Assembly (NCBI RefSeq): GCF_964194155.1
Contig: NC_135889.1
Span: 65,782,001-65,846,000, forward strand
DNA length: 64,000 bases
Direction of reading: 5' to 3'
Origin: Cetorhinus maximus
Taxonomy: Eukaryota
This document shows positions 62,796 to 64,000 of the stretch, one piece after another. Position numbers and translations under genes: made by a program. The notes under the pieces were generated by a model. That model ran no database searches, was not told the origin of the DNA, and worked only from the letters and a program-made list of their open reading frames with translations. Each line of letters opens with the position of its first letter. Position 1 is the first letter of the stretch.

Positions 62796-63099
62796 CTTTA
62801 TTTCTAATGTTGCTACTTCAGCTTTGGAATTCACATCAAGATTGTAATAGAAAAGATTTTCTACCAGAAGGTGGAGGGCCTGAAATCCATACTCATAGTG
62901 CCACTTCTGGGATGGCCCATGTGGTGCACCCTCTTGAGAACGGCATTCGAATGGGCATCCTCTGCAGGCCCCAGAAGCAGCTGTACTGCTGCTATCCTGA
63001 CACCATGCTGCCCAACCAGCTGAGGTGACCCCCATTTTCCAAATTTGGACCACACAGGCCCATTCAACCAATCTGCACGTCACTTAACAAAGATCAAAA

Positions 63100-64000
63100 G
63101 ATAGACTTTATACCAGTGCTTTTTAAAGGACCAGTCGACATCTTGCAGGTGAAGTGCTTTTGACTTAATAATGCTTAGGCTGAGATGGTGAAAGCATTGT
63201 GCTGTGTTTTTGGAATTGGCTTTGAGAGTTGGTTCTTACAGTCTGTGAGGACAGAGGAATGCCTGACCCAGGTATGTGAGCTGTGGTAACAGCTTGGTCA
63301 ACATGACCAGGAAATGGAGCAGAGGACACAGAGAGGAAAGCTCTGCAAAAAAGGAGGAGGAGAACGAGAACAGCAGGAGGCAGCATGGAGCTATTCTGGA
63401 TCCTGTCTAACCAGATGGGCTGTTGTGGAGCAGACTATTAGCTTCTGTTTTTTGTGATATAAATTCCCTTGACCCACATGGATACACCATGCCTCATCCT
63501 AACATTCATCTGAACAGCCACATCACCATGTCTCTTTGGCCACCATACAATGAAAACCACCAACAGAAACCTTCCAATAGCATTTTTAACCCTGTGCATT
63601 CGTGTAGCGTCTGTCTTTTGAGTACCCATGCCTGTCTTAAAGCTCCTACATGGGCTACCTCAGTGGCTGTGGCGTGGCTTTTAGCTGCTGACCTTTAATG
63701 GAGCAGACTGCCTCTTGGCAAGGTTGGCAGCACTCTGGGCTGGCTGGCTAAGGGGCAACAGCAAGGACATTAGAGGATTGGCATTGGTGGGAGCACAAAT
63801 ACTGTCGTCCTCAGAAATGACAGCAGGTTTGTGTTTCTTGGAACCACTGCCACTCCCCAGTGCAACACCTCAACAACCCTAGTAACCTGCTGGAGGTTAG
63901 ATTGCTAAAGTGCCATGAGAATGTGCATTCCTCTTTGAGCACTGAAATCCGCAGCCATGATAGCAGCAGTCTGAGCCTGGATGGCAGCAAGCTGGACTTG
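63100..64000. mobile_element. Possible very old Harbinger remnant
   Basis: gttgtggagcagactatt encodes VVEQTI, like the transposase VVERAIG motif. The GC-richer 63620-64000 stretch loosely resembles Myb-gene 3' exons. Weak. Confidence 0.3.

Noticed and set aside
53590-64000. TLK1 coding exons expected from mammalian synteny
   Set aside because: No kinase motifs or recognisable TLK1 C-terminus in the ORF track or the stretches I translated

Overview
Eukaryotic DNA, very probably from a cartilaginous fish (inferred from the repeat families). The only host gene I can support is the last coding exon and 3' UTR of GORASP2/GRASP55 (956-1281, +). Most of the rest is nested, decayed transposable elements. 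These include CR1- and L2-clade LINEs, Deu-domain and tRNA-headed SINEs, and two Gmr1-like Gypsy proviruses (integrase before RT, SCAN-like Gag, tRNA-Pro PBS). There is also one Mag-type Gypsy, a GalEa-like Copia remnant, two solo LTRs, several two-gene PIF/Harbinger transposons plus a MITE, and Penelope elements carrying minimal hammerhead ribozyme motifs. No intact autonomous element, prokaryotic system, CRISPR array or rRNA/tRNA gene is present. The least explained signal is an LTR whose U5 end looks extended twice by capture of its own primer-binding site (39268-39358 and 45280-45348). Other highlights are hammerhead variants, a Copia lineage rare in vertebrates, and an approx. 830-bp hexamer minisatellite grown inside an LTR. 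Family names come from motif recognition, not database searches. Boundaries without a quoted TSD, TIR or LTR terminus are approximate.
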